From positions 1 through 55,323 of the forward strand of contig JYFJ02002534.1 in assembly GCA_000934665.2 (NCBI GenBank): a stretch of 55,323 nt of DNA, in the 5' to 3' direction. The position numbers and the translations under genes are program-made. This document shows positions 11,943 to 34,262 of this stretch, piece by piece. This DNA comes from Catajapyx aquilonaris (Eukaryota). The notes below the pieces were generated by a model that saw only the letters and a program-made list of their open reading frames with translations, had not been told where the DNA came from and did not search any database. Numbering within the stretch: position 1 is the stretch's first letter; each line of letters opens with the position of its first letter.

Positions 11943-14900
11943 GGCACGCATTCCACCTTGCAGTGCTATCCTGGAACCGACGATAGGTGTTGTGCACAGA
12001 AAACACGATGCCCACTACAACATTGTTATGTGATACTCACCAACCGGTTTCAGTATTTTTTGGACAAAAGAAGGCAGGTTTTTTTTTTTTTTTTGGAGCA
12101 TTAAACGAATAATGTTAAAATTGAAACCAAACCTCATTTTAAGAAAGAAAAAACGGTGCCTTCCATATAAAGTATTTTTTGGGAGGATGTTGTTGGAAGT
12201 GAAAAAGAGAGCCTCCGAGAGTTTAAAAAAAAAATGTGGATGACTTTTTTTCCACAGTGCAAATGCAAAGTTTTTCTGAGCACGCCAAGCGTTTGTTACT
12301 TAGATTATTTTTACTGCCAGATTTGCTGGTCAGTTTGGTTGTGATATCTGAGCTTGTGTGTACAGTTCATATGGAAGCAGCAGAAAATATACCCATAAAT
12401 ACAAACCAAGAGGCCAATTCATGTGACATGTCACCACCATCTTTGCCTGGAATTCCTATGGATAAGGCTCAGCAGAACGGAACCAAGCACCCAAACCCAC
12501 AGCGGCAGTTAGTTACGTATATCTCGTTGTCGTCATGTAAAATCGAAGCAAATGCTAGGAGATTTTTTGCTCCATGTACTCGCGGTGCTTGGTTCGGTGC
12601 TGCACCATGCACATTATTTATCTACATGGTTGCCCACATTCCTTTTTTTTTTTAATTATTCGGGAGGCAGCTGACAGTTGGGATCATTGACTCGGTGCCC
12701 CTTTGGCTTAGCACACTTTTTCTCCTTTTCCATGGTGTATATAGACTGGTTAACAAATAAACCTGAGTTGAAAGAAGAAAAAAAAGGGTAACCTTCTGCT
12801 GTAGTTTATTATAATTTCTGTACAACCAGATAAGAGGATTTAGCTGTAATAGACAACCCCACAGTGCACATGGCGCAAAACTCCCAAGGAAAAACAAGGC
12901 AGAAAAAACAACAACTGTACCTTACAGCTAACTCATTCTCGATTCTTTATTTACTCACTCACTCTCTTTCTCGCAAAGGTGTGGCCTGAAACCTTGTACA
13001 GCTGAAGGGAGTGTTAACATCGTAATTTATTTTTTTTGTCATTATTATTTTGTTGTCTACCTTAAATATTGGCCAGTTTTTCTTGGAATCCATTAAGGCA
13101 TCAAAATGGTTATTTCTTTCAGTTACAATATTTTTTTAAACTGTACAGATCAGGCTTTCCCAAAATTTTATTTTCATGGCGAAGAGTACCAACTCAAAAA
13201 ATGTGTACATGCATCGCTCACTGGGGGGGTGGGGACGAAGAGCGGGGAGGAAATTATTAATAATTTAATTATTACGCCTGTGCCGTTACAACAAATTCCT
13301 CTCGTTCAAAACCCTAGCTTTCAGCTGGTCTGGAACTTCGTCTTCTATTCAAGTGAACCATAAAAAATTAGACCTCTTTTTTTTTTTACTTTAAAATTAA
13401 ACTTACTTTTTTTTCCTTAAAATACTCGAGTTAGTCATACTTTTTAAACTCTTCTGTACAGCACAAGTGGGCACTGATGACATTATTTTTTCTCCTCAAC
13501 TATTCCTCAAGCGATAAAGAAGTGTATCACTACAGCTCTCAAGGCTCCAGGACTTGATTCGCATTCGTGTCGTTGCATTTCTCCGCTCCTGAAGGGACAC
13601 CCATTTTCATAGGGAACTCAAAAAGCGTCAGTCTTTTTCCCACGTAATTGGCAGAAAAACTCATAGCACTGAAAATGTGGAAGCATACTTTTTATTTTTT
13701 GAGCACTAATTTTGATACACTGAGCATACTTATTTTGACGGTTGAAGACCAAAATAATGAGCAAATGTGTATCAGAGGCGGAGAAAAAAATGCTTGAAAA
13801 GGACACTCACATGCAAAGTCCTGCATCTGACCTTGAGAGCTTAAGAGTAGAGATTTGAAATATTGCATACGAAGGACTTTTTTTGGACACCTTCTGAAAA
13901 CTGGGATTTTTTTTTTTTTTTTGAATGGGTTGGGTCGGGTGAATTGGAAAGGTGAGGCTAAGTAACCTACACACTTGACACACTTGTATCTCAATAACGT
14001 TTTCTTGTTTTTTTTTTCATCTTTTTTTGTTTGTTGGCGGCAGTGGTGAGGTTTTAGGCCCAAGGAAGTGGGATTGTCGAACTGTTTTTTTTTTTGTCGC
14101 TTTTCTTTTTTAAAACCCAACCCCAACTACAAGACTCGGGGAGGGACAAAATAAAACGCCTCAGTGTCAACTAAGCATACATGTACATACATATATACAC
14201 CCTGGCAGGGATTATTAGAAAGGTTTTGGGATCAGGATGTAAAGGTCAGGTATGAGAAAACCAGGCTACACAACCTAATTTTGTCAACAACAGAAAAAAA
14301 AACAAATTGGAGCAGAAAAAAAATAACAGTAAATTACCTCCACACACAAAATCTGGACTCACCCGAAAAGAACGCAACGCCACAAAAAAAAAGAAAAAAT
14401 CGGCGCGAAATTTTCAGGCGACGGGAATGGTAGGGTTATCACAACCAAGGCTCGGTTTCCTTGGGGAAAGTGAACAGAAGGCTTCAAGTCTTTTCTCTTC
14501 TGATTACATTCGTTCACTCCTTCATTCAAATTGGCAGCTCCCAGAACGCATTCACTCTGCATTTTTCGCATTCACACATCAAGCAGAGGAGGGAAGGAGG
14601 GGCTGGTAACAAAAAAATCTTGAAGGAAAGAAGAAGCAGGCATGAGAGGTAAGTACATGTGCTCAGTGGTCACTCACATGATATGCTATTATAATACATC
14701 AGGGGGAAGGAAAATCGAGGACTTCAAGTAGGGTCAATAAATACACCTGGGGGGAAGGAGGCGTCACATTTTTTCGGAACACCTGACCTGACGCAAGAAA
14801 TAAAACGTAAAATGTATAGTGGGGGTTGATAGGTTTAAAACTGCTTCAGCCCATATCTGTACAGCAACAGCAAACAATTTGCCAACAGCACATTTTTTTT

Positions 14901-15275
14901 TTTACCCTCATGACAAAATAACTTCTTCTGGTTAACTTGGATTCAACAAAAACCATTTTTTATCCATTATTTTTTTATCTTCTCTCGCTATTTTCTGCCT
15001 GTACAGTAGAGACCTGAGCTTGGTAGGAGTAAAAATTTTCATCCCATTTTTTTTATCTCCTATTTTGTTTTTTTCCCTCTCTTTCTCTCACATTCACACG
15101 TACACTTCCTTTCTCTCCCTTTTTCTTCTTCTTGCCACAAATTCGGCACAACCAGGAAACAAAGGAAGGCTTTTAATGATGAAATCTCCAGGCCCTGGAT
15201 CCCTTCTTGCGCCTGGGACTCTCCCACTTGCATTATTTTCTTTCTCATTCCTCTCTTTTATGTTTTTGTCCCACT

Positions 15276-22333
<7,058 letters not shown>

Positions 22334-25300
22334 CTGCAAAAGAAAACGAACAAATCAGACAAATATTCACTCCTTGTCACATTGATCCCTGTGTCAGTTC
22401 AGCTACCTTGAAACTGCAGTGTCATTTGCATACATCCAAATCCCCATTCATACTACCCATCGATTTCCAGCAGGTCACTTCAGGTGACATAGGGCGCAAA
22501 TTGCAATTTTTTCAGACCCGAATTTATAGACTGGTAGATCATCTCAGGGTCGGCTAGCATTCACCTATCTATATGACCCGAATAAAAAAAAAGCGATGCA
22601 AGAGTGGTTGCTATCGACCCGTCCCTTTTAGACGCTGTTCAAGCCGCAGCCGATTCATTTCATCCCAGGGCTCTGGGTGCATAAGATTCTCCTCTTTCTT
22701 CCTAGTCGCAGCTCTCCTCCGCCCCTTAAGATTGATGGAAGCGATGGAGGGGACAAAGGATTTTCAAGGAGAGAAAAAAAAGCCCACCTTCCTTTTTTTT
22801 TCTAACCTCTAGGGTAGAAGAAAAGAATGGTGGGAGAATTGGAGACCTCGCTTAGAACCCGATTCCTCTAAACTTTGAAGCTCGTTCATCTTCACACTAG
22901 CAATGCACTTCAGGCTATACCACCTTCATGCGTAGGAGGCATCATCATCACTTTCACCTGATCGCAAACTATGAGTCACGAGGATGATACACAAAACTAA
23001 TGATTCCAACCCCCTATAGAGGTGTGGTGAGCCAAACCTAACCTTCAGGGTCAAAAACCCGTTTTCATCTCCTATATCCTGCCTACTACTACTAAAAAAT
23101 ATCCACAGTGAATATCTAAAATTGAGAAAAAATATTGCAATTCCACGTGACCCAGAAGCTTCATGAAGAAAACATTACCGTTGGTCCTACATGGGAGCAG
23201 CCCCTACTGGATAATAGCAGCTGATAGCCCGTTATAAGAGCTGGCGGGGTTGGCTCCAAGAAAACGACACTAGTTCAGGGTCCCGTTGGCACCTCAGCTT
23301 CACCATTTCTCCATTCCCACATGCAGGTCCCCTCTAACCGCTATCTTCGCCAACGAATAATATTTAAAAAGTGTACAAAAGCCCTCTTAAAGAATGACAG
23401 TCCCCCTGTCACATTTCTGAGGCCAACCACCTAAATAGTCGTCTCTAGGGTGCCATTTCAGTTGCACATAACACCGCTTTCATTTGCTGCCAACATCAAA
23501 TGCACTTCTAACTCGAGGGCAGCAACCCCCTCTGCGTATATGATCTGTGCCCTCTAGGTATAGACACGCTCTACATATATAGCCATGTTGCAATTTTCTA
23601 GCAGCCCTCCAGCCAGCCGGACTGACCGTGCTAGAATCCCACATGAATTTTGTATCAAGAGGTCGCTTAAATATTTCAACGGCTGTTTAAAGCCGTTGGA
23701 AGAGCTGCTAGGAGACAGCAGCTATTTCTAGCCCGGTATTAATTGGAACCGGCTGCATTATTTGCACACACAAAAAAACGTCCGCCTGATAATGTAACGA
23801 ATGCATTTATATGCACCAGCCGTATTCAAATCGCACACGCGCTGAATAAACGATTCCTCAATTATATCCCCATGACATTTACCGGCTTATTTGGCTAATC
23901 TAAATCTGGATATCAGGCACAAAGCCACGCAGTTCCCATGCCCTTTTCGCACACAAAGCCAACTTTCAATAGTCATTAACGGAATAACACAGTATGTTGG
24001 GAAGGGCATCGCTTCCGGCATCTGGTTATGCGTAATTGGTCACAATCCCTTGAGTGGAACATACAAAAAAAAAAAAAAACAGACGGATTCGCACCTTTCC
24101 CACCGAACAGGAAAACGAACGAGGCGGACCGAAGCCTTCACGTTCAATTTGCTAACTAGTCCTTGTCACCTTTTAAGTTTTTCATCTAAAATTGACATAT
24201 CTCCATGATTTCAGGTAACAAAAATTCTCTCACGAGGTTGGATCAACACAAAAGATGGCGATGATGTAAGTGGCACGACTTGATCATGCGCTGCTCTCTC
24301 GTGTAACCTTTTCGGTTCCGCCATGGCGAGCAATGAGAACAGGCCCGCCTCAGGAAGTCAACAAGAGGGCTCCGTACATTGGGGGTACATGCTTCTGGGA
24401 GTCTACACAAGCAGTACCTGGCAGACAGGCTAGAGTAAACTCTACCAAATGCGATTATCTCACTTCCGCCTCGACGTCCTTTTCCATGCCCAAATCTCAT
24501 TATTGCTTGTTCCTCCCTTGGCAAATACCGGACACTGTCATACCACTGCAGCATTTGGTTGCTTACAAAAATACCGCCTTGCAGACACTATTAATATTAA
24601 TTGTGTAGAAAATTATTAATTGCCTGCCCCGTAAATAGCAGCTAGACAGGCCATAATTCTGCTCAAAATTACTAGATTCCCCTCACAGTTCCAATGCAGT
24701 GAAATGGCGCAACAAAAACCGCATTTCGTATGCGACGCCATATACGCAAATTCGCTAACACCTTAACATGGAATGCGAAATAAGGAAGTAAAGCTGCGTC
24801 GAAAAGCGGAGGAATAGTATTTTTAAAATCGCATTTGGGGAAAATGATATCACCTCCCAAGCACAAGGCCATCAACTTGATTTCCATGGAGATTTGGATG
24901 CCCCAGCCCGGAAGGGAAGGGAGGGGGGTTTTAAAAAAAATGAAGGCATCTAGCTCTTGACTACCAATTCCTCCAAAAATGGCCTGAAAAAATCCCCATG
25001 GTTCATAACTTAACATGGGTAGGAGGAGGCCTCCAGGACACTTCCTCACTCCGATCATGTTTTTCATCTGTCACATTGTTTCACTTCTGCATAATACTCC
25101 CGGAGAGGTATTTCGATTATCCAGGAGAAAAATGTGTCCAAAGTGTCAACATGGGAAATGTCACAGGACGGTGTCCGAACTAATCACGTTGCATCCATTT
25201 TGGTAACCTTTGTTTAGTTTGCAACCGATAATTTGTTGTAATTAATATTATCAGCCACAATTTAATTAACTCTAACAATAGCTAGCACGTGAATAACTTT

Positions 25301-28300
25301 TTTATTAATGCGCGGTTGGTGTGACCGCGTTCCACCTTGCCGATTTGCCTGTACACCATATACGAAGGTCATCGTTACGCACCTTTTGATTACCGTACAC
25401 CTGTCACGTACCGACTGCACCCTTTGATCACACACCACCCTGAGCTGGATAGAATTCCAAACGTGTTCTGCTAACCTTAAAATTTCATCAACTGTGCTAT
25501 AGATCCAGCAAAAATGGATGGTCTCGTCTCGTTTGAAGTGGACAGTGTCCTACAATATGTAATTTATCACTGTCGAATAACACAGCAGCATGATGTGGAT
25601 TAGCCGTGTTTGGCACACGCCATACAAACGCCTTTCAAGCATGGACAACCTAATTAACAACATCACAAAACATTTCAAAAAATATATACACAGTGCCATC
25701 GATCGCAACCTGCAACCTGGCCACTGTTTCAAACTACTAATCATCAGTCATGACCCCCCCATCTCCTCCAATTTGCACCATGTCTTTTCCTACTCCTGAT
25801 TGTATCGACAGGTAAAATTCATGGAACTGCAACCCAGCGCATGAGAAATTGATTCCGCCCCATCACCCCCAGGCACTCCATTATAACTTTTATGCCCCTG
25901 TCCCCATGTATAAACCCTTGCCTCTTAGCCAATGTCCACCCCTCCGGTTCTCGCCTAACCTGAAACGCATTCATAATTCGATGAGCAGGCTCTTCTCTCT
26001 CTCCCTGTGAAAATTGGCCCGACGCAAGGCCATATCGATCTCAACTATGGAGCTACGTATATACCCCTGAAATAGGCGAAAACTTTGCGAGGTCGCCACG
26101 TCAGCTAAAGAGATTCAAGTTGAAACTTTGACGGATGCTACCCAGAGACGACAGCCAGGCACCAGGAATCAAATTTTTTTTAAATGTGAAGGTTCCAGCA
26201 GGATTTTGTCGCCCATAACGGTCGAAGAAATGACCAGTGTGGAATGGTGCCAAAACGCACTATTGTTCGAATCAAGGGGGCTGCCAAAAACCCCTTAAAC
26301 AATTTCCCCCCTCCTATTCGTATAACCCTACATTTATATGCAAACAACGTACCAAAAACCGATTAGATAGCACCTATCTCCCAATCCCTAATTGGACATG
26401 TAGACATGTAATTAAAACCCGTGATCTCCAGGGAGGAGACATCTCGAAAAGACTTCATCATCTAATGCGATAGTAGGAAACCCGATTTTCTGAAAACTCC
26501 TTTTGGAGCCATAGCAACTGCAATTACTGTGAAAACACAAGCTCGGTATCCCTCAGGCGGCGTCAAGATTATTTCTCCTACATTTTACACATTCCACGAG
26601 TGACTGCACGGTATATAACGGAGCGGGGCAGCCACGTCGTAGAAAACGGGGTTGGTTAAAAAAAATATATATCCCAAGAATACATGACAGCGATGCTGGA
26701 GAAACTGCGTGACATGATGTCAGCCACGTCCAATTGCCGGATCTTTCATGTCATATATGACGTGACCTGCCCTGACATATCCGGTGGTCTACCTGCACCA
26801 AATGGCCCATAGGTTTGAAACCCCTCAGGTTGTTTGTGCAGGGTCCTGTCGAGACGCGGGCCATATCAGTTTGAGTTGGCAATAACAAACAAGAAATGTT
26901 GCAATATCAAGCTCAGACCAAATCGATCGCAATATTGTACGGTTTATTCTGAACCACTGCAATTCGTCCACTCAATTTGTCTTCGCTCAATAGCACTTAG
27001 CTCAATGAAACTATTTACGACTCTTTTTTTATGCGACATTCACTTGTAAACTGCATGCCGCAATGTTCTCAAGATTGATGCAATATGCAAGTCACGTACA
27101 CTGTGCATCACCCATTATTACACCTTCCCATATAAAAAAACTGCTTAACGAGAAAGCAACAAGAAAATAAATTCGCTCAACACGAACCGCCATCAATCAT
27201 CATCCTCCGGGAAGGCAAAAGTGAAAGAGATGGCGCCATAGGTGCGCTCTAGTTCATCCTAATCTCCACTTCCAAATATGGAGTTCTTAGAATGAAGTGG
27301 TCATGGCAGGTGTCTGTTTTGATAGTGTGACCATAGGCCAGCGAACTTTTTTTTCCGCTTAAAAATAGGTATGGTGTACTCCTCCCACCCTTGTTCAAAG
27401 TGGGGGGTCAATTAGGGTCAATGTGGCTCCACCCTTTTGCCGCAGATTGATGACGCAAGTGACCGCTGCAAGGTGACATCTTGCAGGAAATCAATTTTGG
27501 CAAAAAGTATATTGTCGCATAAAAAGATGGCAAAAATCCTGGCACACGATGGTGATATTTGAAGTCTCTGGCCCATATGTAGCGAAACGATTAACGATCG
27601 AGGCTGGCCCGTCTTTCTAGGCTGGCCCATTTGGGAAGAATCGTCTGGAAGTGGATCCCGCACCATTCCTACAAAATAGGTTGCAGAAGGGCTTATTTTT
27701 TTATTTTTCCGGCCAAAAACTGGTTTTCCTCCAGCACTGCGCATTTGGCCAAGAGATATACTGAACCCCTCTCTATATGGCGTATTACCGAAAATCGTGG
27801 GCGGCTTCCTGCCACACGCTCAACCGGAAATTCGCAACAAGGAACAGCAGTGCCCGGAATAGGGGGCTTTTAAGCCAAATTGCCAAAATCCTCTTAATGA
27901 TAGCTTTAATTAAGGCGGCTGAACTTTAGGGATTAGTCACTGCACAGTCCGCTTGGAGCGCGGTATGTGCCAGCGCTCCAAGCGGCCAAGTTCCGAGATT
28001 ATCTCACCCTGTGGTGTAGTTAGCATTCGTCTCTGTAATCCGGCCACAACTATAGTTGTATTTTCACGAGCGACTAAAACCCTCGGGGCAACGGTCTCAA
28101 CTACCGAGTTCGATTGTTTCACAGTTCGTGATGTAGTCATTTATAAGGGTCAGGGTATGACAGGGGCAAAGCAAAACACTTCACTTGGGAAGGCAGAACC
28201 GGTCACGTGGGTCTGACCGCATACGAGCAGTCACGAGGGTCGCCTTTCCACCGCGACCTCTCTTCTGGTAACCGAACTCCTTCGACACCATTTCCAGGGA

Positions 28301-31300
28301 ACAATGCGGCCGTAATTGTGGTCTCAACATTTCTTCACTGCTTAACCATCGTAACCTTCTCAAGAAGACACATTATGTAGACTTGAACTGTTCACATCGC
28401 TTCATAACTCATATTTTTTTTCGACACACCAATGTACGTGTTCGGTTTTCGCATTTGCTACAGTACATTAAAAAACACGGCCAGAAGACGAGTCATGTAC
28501 AGGGCGGTTCAGTGGACTAGACCTGTAATTTTCTACCGAATGAAAAGGAAGTTCGTGACGGAGGCCTATCGCTGCATCCATCCCGAAGTCCCCATCAACC
28601 TCACTCCATCAACGTTGCTGGCACGATGTTCTCAAGACCTCCCCGGTAGCTGGCCATTTGCATCGGCAACCAATTACGCGTATGCAGACTCGCAGACTCC
28701 ATTTGTGAGAACACACTGTATAGAACCACCAACAAGAACACTAAAAAAAACACATGATTAAATTGCCAATTAGCTAATGCATTAGCGACACTCTACTCAA
28801 ATCGCCTTACCCGCACCGTTTACTGCACGTGTCAAAATTGTACCTACTCTCAACAATGAGGCTGATCTAGGTATTACCACTGTACATCCTATCCCAATCC
28901 TATTTCTCCCAGCTTTAGACGAGGATAGAAATCCCTTTGTGCCTGGAAGCACCGAATAAAGGAGAGGTTATTAATGGCGCACAATAACGAGCAGGGTACA
29001 CCCCCCAACTCGGCATCCACATTTTCCTTCCAGCACAACCATACAAAAGGGCCTCAGAAAAGAAAAGAAAACCTGCTTCAAAAGGTGGGGGCTGTAGATA
29101 CGCAATCCCCAAGATGAAGCTACGGTTCGCAACCAACATGTCGCGTCTTTGCGAAGTTTTCAATTAATGTCACATTGCGGTTGGTGGCCATGTCACATTA
29201 CCGCCCAACCTTCCGATCCGATGAGCAGTTAGTGTAAGTGTCGCAAGAACAGAAAAATCTTGCAGAAAAACGGCCTTTCTCGCTTGCATCACCTTCTATT
29301 GTTCCAGCTCCTAAGAAAAAAAAAATGTGTGACTGCGGACCCAGCAAGGCGCTAGAGAAAGTGAAGAGTCAATTTTCGTTCCCCTCCAAGCCATGCACAA
29401 TGTGACGGATGTGACAAAACCCCGAAAATTGTCCCTCTTGACAATTCAAGCTCGGCTGCATTTTCGGCGAAACGAAGCAAACATCCACGGTGTCTATCCG
29501 CTCAAAAATTTATTGCCCCGTCTTTTTCTCTATACCCCTCTCATCGCAAACTGTTTCTTCGAGGACTACTTGGTACCGGGTTTAGTAGGTCGCCGCGCAG
29601 TCTAACTGCTCAAAATTACCAATTACAATGGTGCAAGGAGTCTCAACAACATGATTACGACCCACTATAACAGTGGGTAGATTATCCGTTCCATCCCATG
29701 TCACCTTGGCACCCTATTTCCATACTCCTCCACAAACTGTATTAGGAGATCACATGTGGGAACACCCCATGGTATAGTTACATGATCTGGATCAGCCTAG
29801 TACCACCACCTGATCATGAATATATGCAAGATAGTATCCATATCAAAATGGTGCGTCTAATCTCCAAAATTACAACGCACATCGGTTTCGACCATACGCA
29901 TAAGTTCTACGCATTAGACCCATCCATTGTTCACACTCGCATTGTATGTATATGACCTGCGTTGGCTGCTTATCCACATTCAAATCTAGAGGCAAAAACC
30001 GCCTCAAAGTTGGTCAATACGCGGCCTCCAGCTTATACACACATTCATGCATTCGCATGGTGTTATCCTTGGCGATTTCCTGCAGATAAGACCCTGCGAA
30101 TTTCTTCCACAAAACCCGACCTACTCCGCCCTCGAAAAAAAAAAAAAGGCTTTATATGGGAAAATGAAAAAAAAAAAAACCTGGTCGACAAAAGTGAGAA
30201 GTTCACATCTGTTTCCTTAACAATCCCCTTGCTGATGGATTGGACCTCGGTTGTCCGGACGCATTTTCAAAGCGGGGGTTGACATAGTAAAAAATGGCGT
30301 CTGGGGGTAATATTCCCCAAGATTGCGTGGGCGTCGCTGCATAGTCTCCGGGCCGTCATCTCCGACTTATCTTCAGGAGCCAGAAGCCCCGAGATCGAAA
30401 TGAGAGCCGGCAATTGCATCTGCCAAGCAATTCCCTAGGTTGGGTCGATGCCCACAAGACTGCCTAACCATATTACTACCAAGGCAGTGCGAGTGACCTC
30501 TCTGGCCTATAACGGATGCCATTTCTCTGAAGAATCGACGGACTGCTGCACCTACACATCCGGCAACAAGTTGAATCATGGCCGACCTTATTTGGGAAGG
30601 CATGTGTGTACAAAGTCATCGACATCCTTGGAGTGACATGGGGAGAGCCAAGCCCTTCTGGATTAACTCCAAACAACAATGGATTGGCAATTGAGGAAGG
30701 GCACAAGTGCCATTAGGCCGACATTTACAAACAGCCACTGCGCAAAATTTAATATTTGCACAATTAGTACGTACTGGTTAGTGGCCTCAATTTTAGTAAT
30801 TTACACCCGTCAGTTTGTGGCCTGTTGAATTTGATAAAACTTTTTGCTGCGGGGTATCCCAGCCCACAAGACACGCTGTCCTGGCAGAGGAACCACGATT
30901 ACCTCAAGGTTGATTTTGTTCCCTCCGCCCTAGCTTAGAAAAGAAAGAAAAGAAAAGAAAAATCCTGACGTGGCTGCAACGCGTCGGTTCGGAACTAAAC
31001 GAGTGCATCCATCCGAAGAGCCATGGCAAAACGGGGCCCCGATTCGCTATCTCCAAAGTGAACTCTTGCGCCTCTTCCTCTTTTCCCAAAGCAATAACCA
31101 TGCTCGAAATCACTGGTATGTCATTCCGGAGCTCTCCTTCCCTGGAAAACCTACACAAAAGTCTAATGGAAACGCATGAACGTGACAGGAATTCGTTAAA
31201 AACCACCACATGGAGTACCCCCCTATAGAAAACCTCTGGCATGTGTGAGATTTTCTACGGCAAGGGCCACGACTTACCACGCTGCATTAATACTATGGTA

Positions 31301-31338
31301 ATCAAGTCCGTCGTCATGTTAACTCGTGTGGCAGCATG

Positions 31339-32307
31339 GACGAAAAGCTTTTAGGTATACAACCGGATCTTACACTGCTAACCTTTGAATAGAAACTTGA
31401 ACGTTGCTTTTTGTCATCGATCCAGAAAGCAATATAGCTAACAGCCACGACGCGACGTCCCACAAGGGCTCCAATACCTACAAAAAACCTTGCAGTTATG
31501 ATGGCTTTACAGTAATACCAGTTAGCTCTAAGGGAATATGCTCTGTTGCACTGCGGAAAAAATATATTATAGTTTTTTTGTTAAAATTATAAGCTTCAGT
31601 TTCATCCATGGACCAGGAGTTCATTCTACGAATCATCTCACACTCCATGGGTTGCTCTAAGCTTCCCCTTTTGAATTTCTGGCTGGAGCCCGTTTCGCAC
31701 GGTTCCATCGGAAGGGTTTAATCCGGTGAACTTATCCAACACGAGAGAGCCGAGAGGAATATTTAATAGTTTAATGTGAATCAAGCGTTGAAAGGCGCTG
31801 TGTGGCTACAACCTGAACAAGTNGACGCAAAGCTTTTAGGTATACAACCGGATCTTACACTGCTAACCTTTGAATAGAAACTTGAACGTTGCTTTTTGTC
31901 ATCGATCCAGAAAGCAATATAGCTAACAGCCACGACGCGACGTCCCACAAGGGCTCCAATACCTACAAAAAACCTTGCAGTTATGGTGGCTTTACAGTAA
32001 TACCAGTTAGCTCTAAGGGAATATGCTCTGTTGCACTGCGGAAAAAATATATTATAGTTTTTTTGTTAAAATTATAAGCTTCAGTTTCATCCATGGACCA
32101 GGAGTTCATTCTACGAATCATCTCACACTCCATGGGTTGCTCTAAGCTTCCCCTTTTGAATTTCTGGCTGGAGCCCGTTTCGCACGGTTCCATCGGAAGG
32201 GTTTAATCCGGTGAACTTATCCAACACGAGAGAGCCGAGAGGAATATTTAATAGTTTAATGTGAATCAAGCGTTGAAAGGCGCTGTGTGGCTACAACCTG
32301 AACAAGT
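31339..32307. repeat. 485-bp near-identical tandem duplication (31339-31822 / 31824-32307) joined at an N; probable assembly artefact
   Basis: The copies differ at only two positions I could see (GACGAAAAG/GACGCAAAG and TATGATGG/TATGGTGG). An N sits at 31823, exactly at the junction. Confidence 0.9.
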
Positions 32308-34262
32308 TACAGACTTAGTGTAATTATAGTCGGCACACTCAAAAAGCTGTGACAAATTCTACGTTGCAGAAAAAATTGTGCAAATTCCCCCCCCCTCCCC
32401 CTCTCCAACAGTTAACACGTTACACAATACTCTGACGCCATGTTTCACCCCCATTAATTAACATATGACACCAGAATTTTTTCCCCCGCTCTCCAGTTCA
32501 GAGCAATATGTTAAGGCTTACTTAATGAAAGCGGCCCTGTCCATGTTAACTAATGGCGCCATTCACAGAATTAGGAATTTTGCATCCCAGTTTTCAGTGC
32601 TCGGTTTCATGAGCATCAACGTGTGTGACCACCAGCTTTCTAAATGCAAGAAGGTGGATTGACAAAAATGCAGTGTTGTACAAAATGCCTGTGCAGTGTG
32701 CAGGAAAGCAGGTCATTGAGGCCAAGTACCTAAGCAATTTGGGTGGGTCCCCTGCCTTTTTTTTTGCCTTACGCTGCTCCCAAGGTCTACTTGTCTACTT
32801 CTTTTTCCAGATCATCTTTCAGAACCCGAAATGGGTCGTACCTCCCGCTGTACCGTACTAGGTGCGCTACCTATTACGACCGGTACGTGCTGGCATCAAG
32901 AAACAAGTCTGACAGACTTTCACTCGCCAAATTCCAGCTAGCCCCTAGAGGACGAATAGTCTTCCTGAAATGCAGCAGGTTTTATGATAATCTACCGGTG
33001 AGATATGCCACCATTCTGGTGCTTCCCGTTAGGCCCCGGATTCACCAGATGACACGGTTATTGTAACCAGAATAATGCGGGCCAGAGAAAACAGTACATG
33101 GTCGGCCCAATTGGCTCCAGCAGACAATTGCCCAAAATAATACAACACAAAACGAACCTGTTCATTACGCATCGTTGGAATGACTATGCCCATTCTCACA
33201 GTATACAGCGAAATCCGTACATTCCACGTGATTCTTCTCCATCTATACCAGCAGCTGCATCTCAGTATCTTAATTACCGGTATACACGCCAGACAGGTAC
33301 TGCCACTGAATGGGTAACTTAACATCCGCTATTTCGCTCGGTTCACTTGTCACCAAATGCGGGTTACGAAAATTGTGACCTACTTCGTAAAGACACGGGG
33401 AGACGCTTCCAGGAAATAACGCAGAGTGAACATATAAAAGCGTAACTGATATAAACTGCATGATTTCTCATTACCACTCTGGTATGCACACCAGTTCAAC
33501 GTGTGATTCGCACAACAACAGGGGATATACACACCCGCATAGCCCACGTAATTCTGCCCACACGCTGCGAGGCAATGCAGCCCACGTATATACACGCACA
33601 GTATATACAAACATGGATATGGATCGTGCCTAGAACCCGCATTATCCGCAAAATGTAGCAATAACTTGCTCACGGCTCGTCACCAGTGATTTGCCAACTC
33701 GGTTGTAATAATTATGTCACTGGGTGCCGGGCGTTTCGGTGGTCCCGAGATGGTGCAAATTTGGGCCAAAATACCAGCGAGACATTAGAACACACCATGA
33801 ACATTCTGCAGTAACTATGTTAATTACATCGTGTGGCACAAGTTTGCGCTAGTTTTCTTCTGAACAAACGACTGCATTATTCTCCATTAGTCTCCATTAC
33901 CGCAAAGAAAAAGGGACGACAAGACTTGAACGGAGAAGGTAGACGGAATAATTACTACAACTCGTTGAGAGGGAACTCCTTTTTATCCCCGGCCAATTGG
34001 AAGCCAACTTTGACAACACCGCCATGGATGGGTGACAGAGCCTATCCAAGTATGTGGGAAAAGTGTAGAGTTGCTTGAACCCCGCAGTAGAGCTCCCCGG
34101 CATTGTTCTAACGATGCCCCNCCCCCCCCCCCCCCCAACCACCCTCCAAGACAAGCCAATTTCAAAAATGACGTAGGTTGCTATAGCGGCCAAAAAAGTT
34201 GAAACCACAATGGTCGAATTGGGTACCCGAAATATATATATATTTTAAGTACGTGCCATCAT

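Noticed and set aside
14640..14660. Perfect plus-strand donor AG|GTAAGT
   Set aside because: No associated exon, acceptor or coding frame; an isolated match is expected by chance.
22407..22460. Nearby donor (CAAG|GTAGCT) as the kinase start exon
   Set aside because: The phase-0 frame has a TGA just upstream and no ATG, so it cannot supply the start codon.
31404..32193. Duplicated 62-aa and 70-aa ORFs as a small gene family
   Set aside because: They lie within the N-centred duplication and show no coding features.
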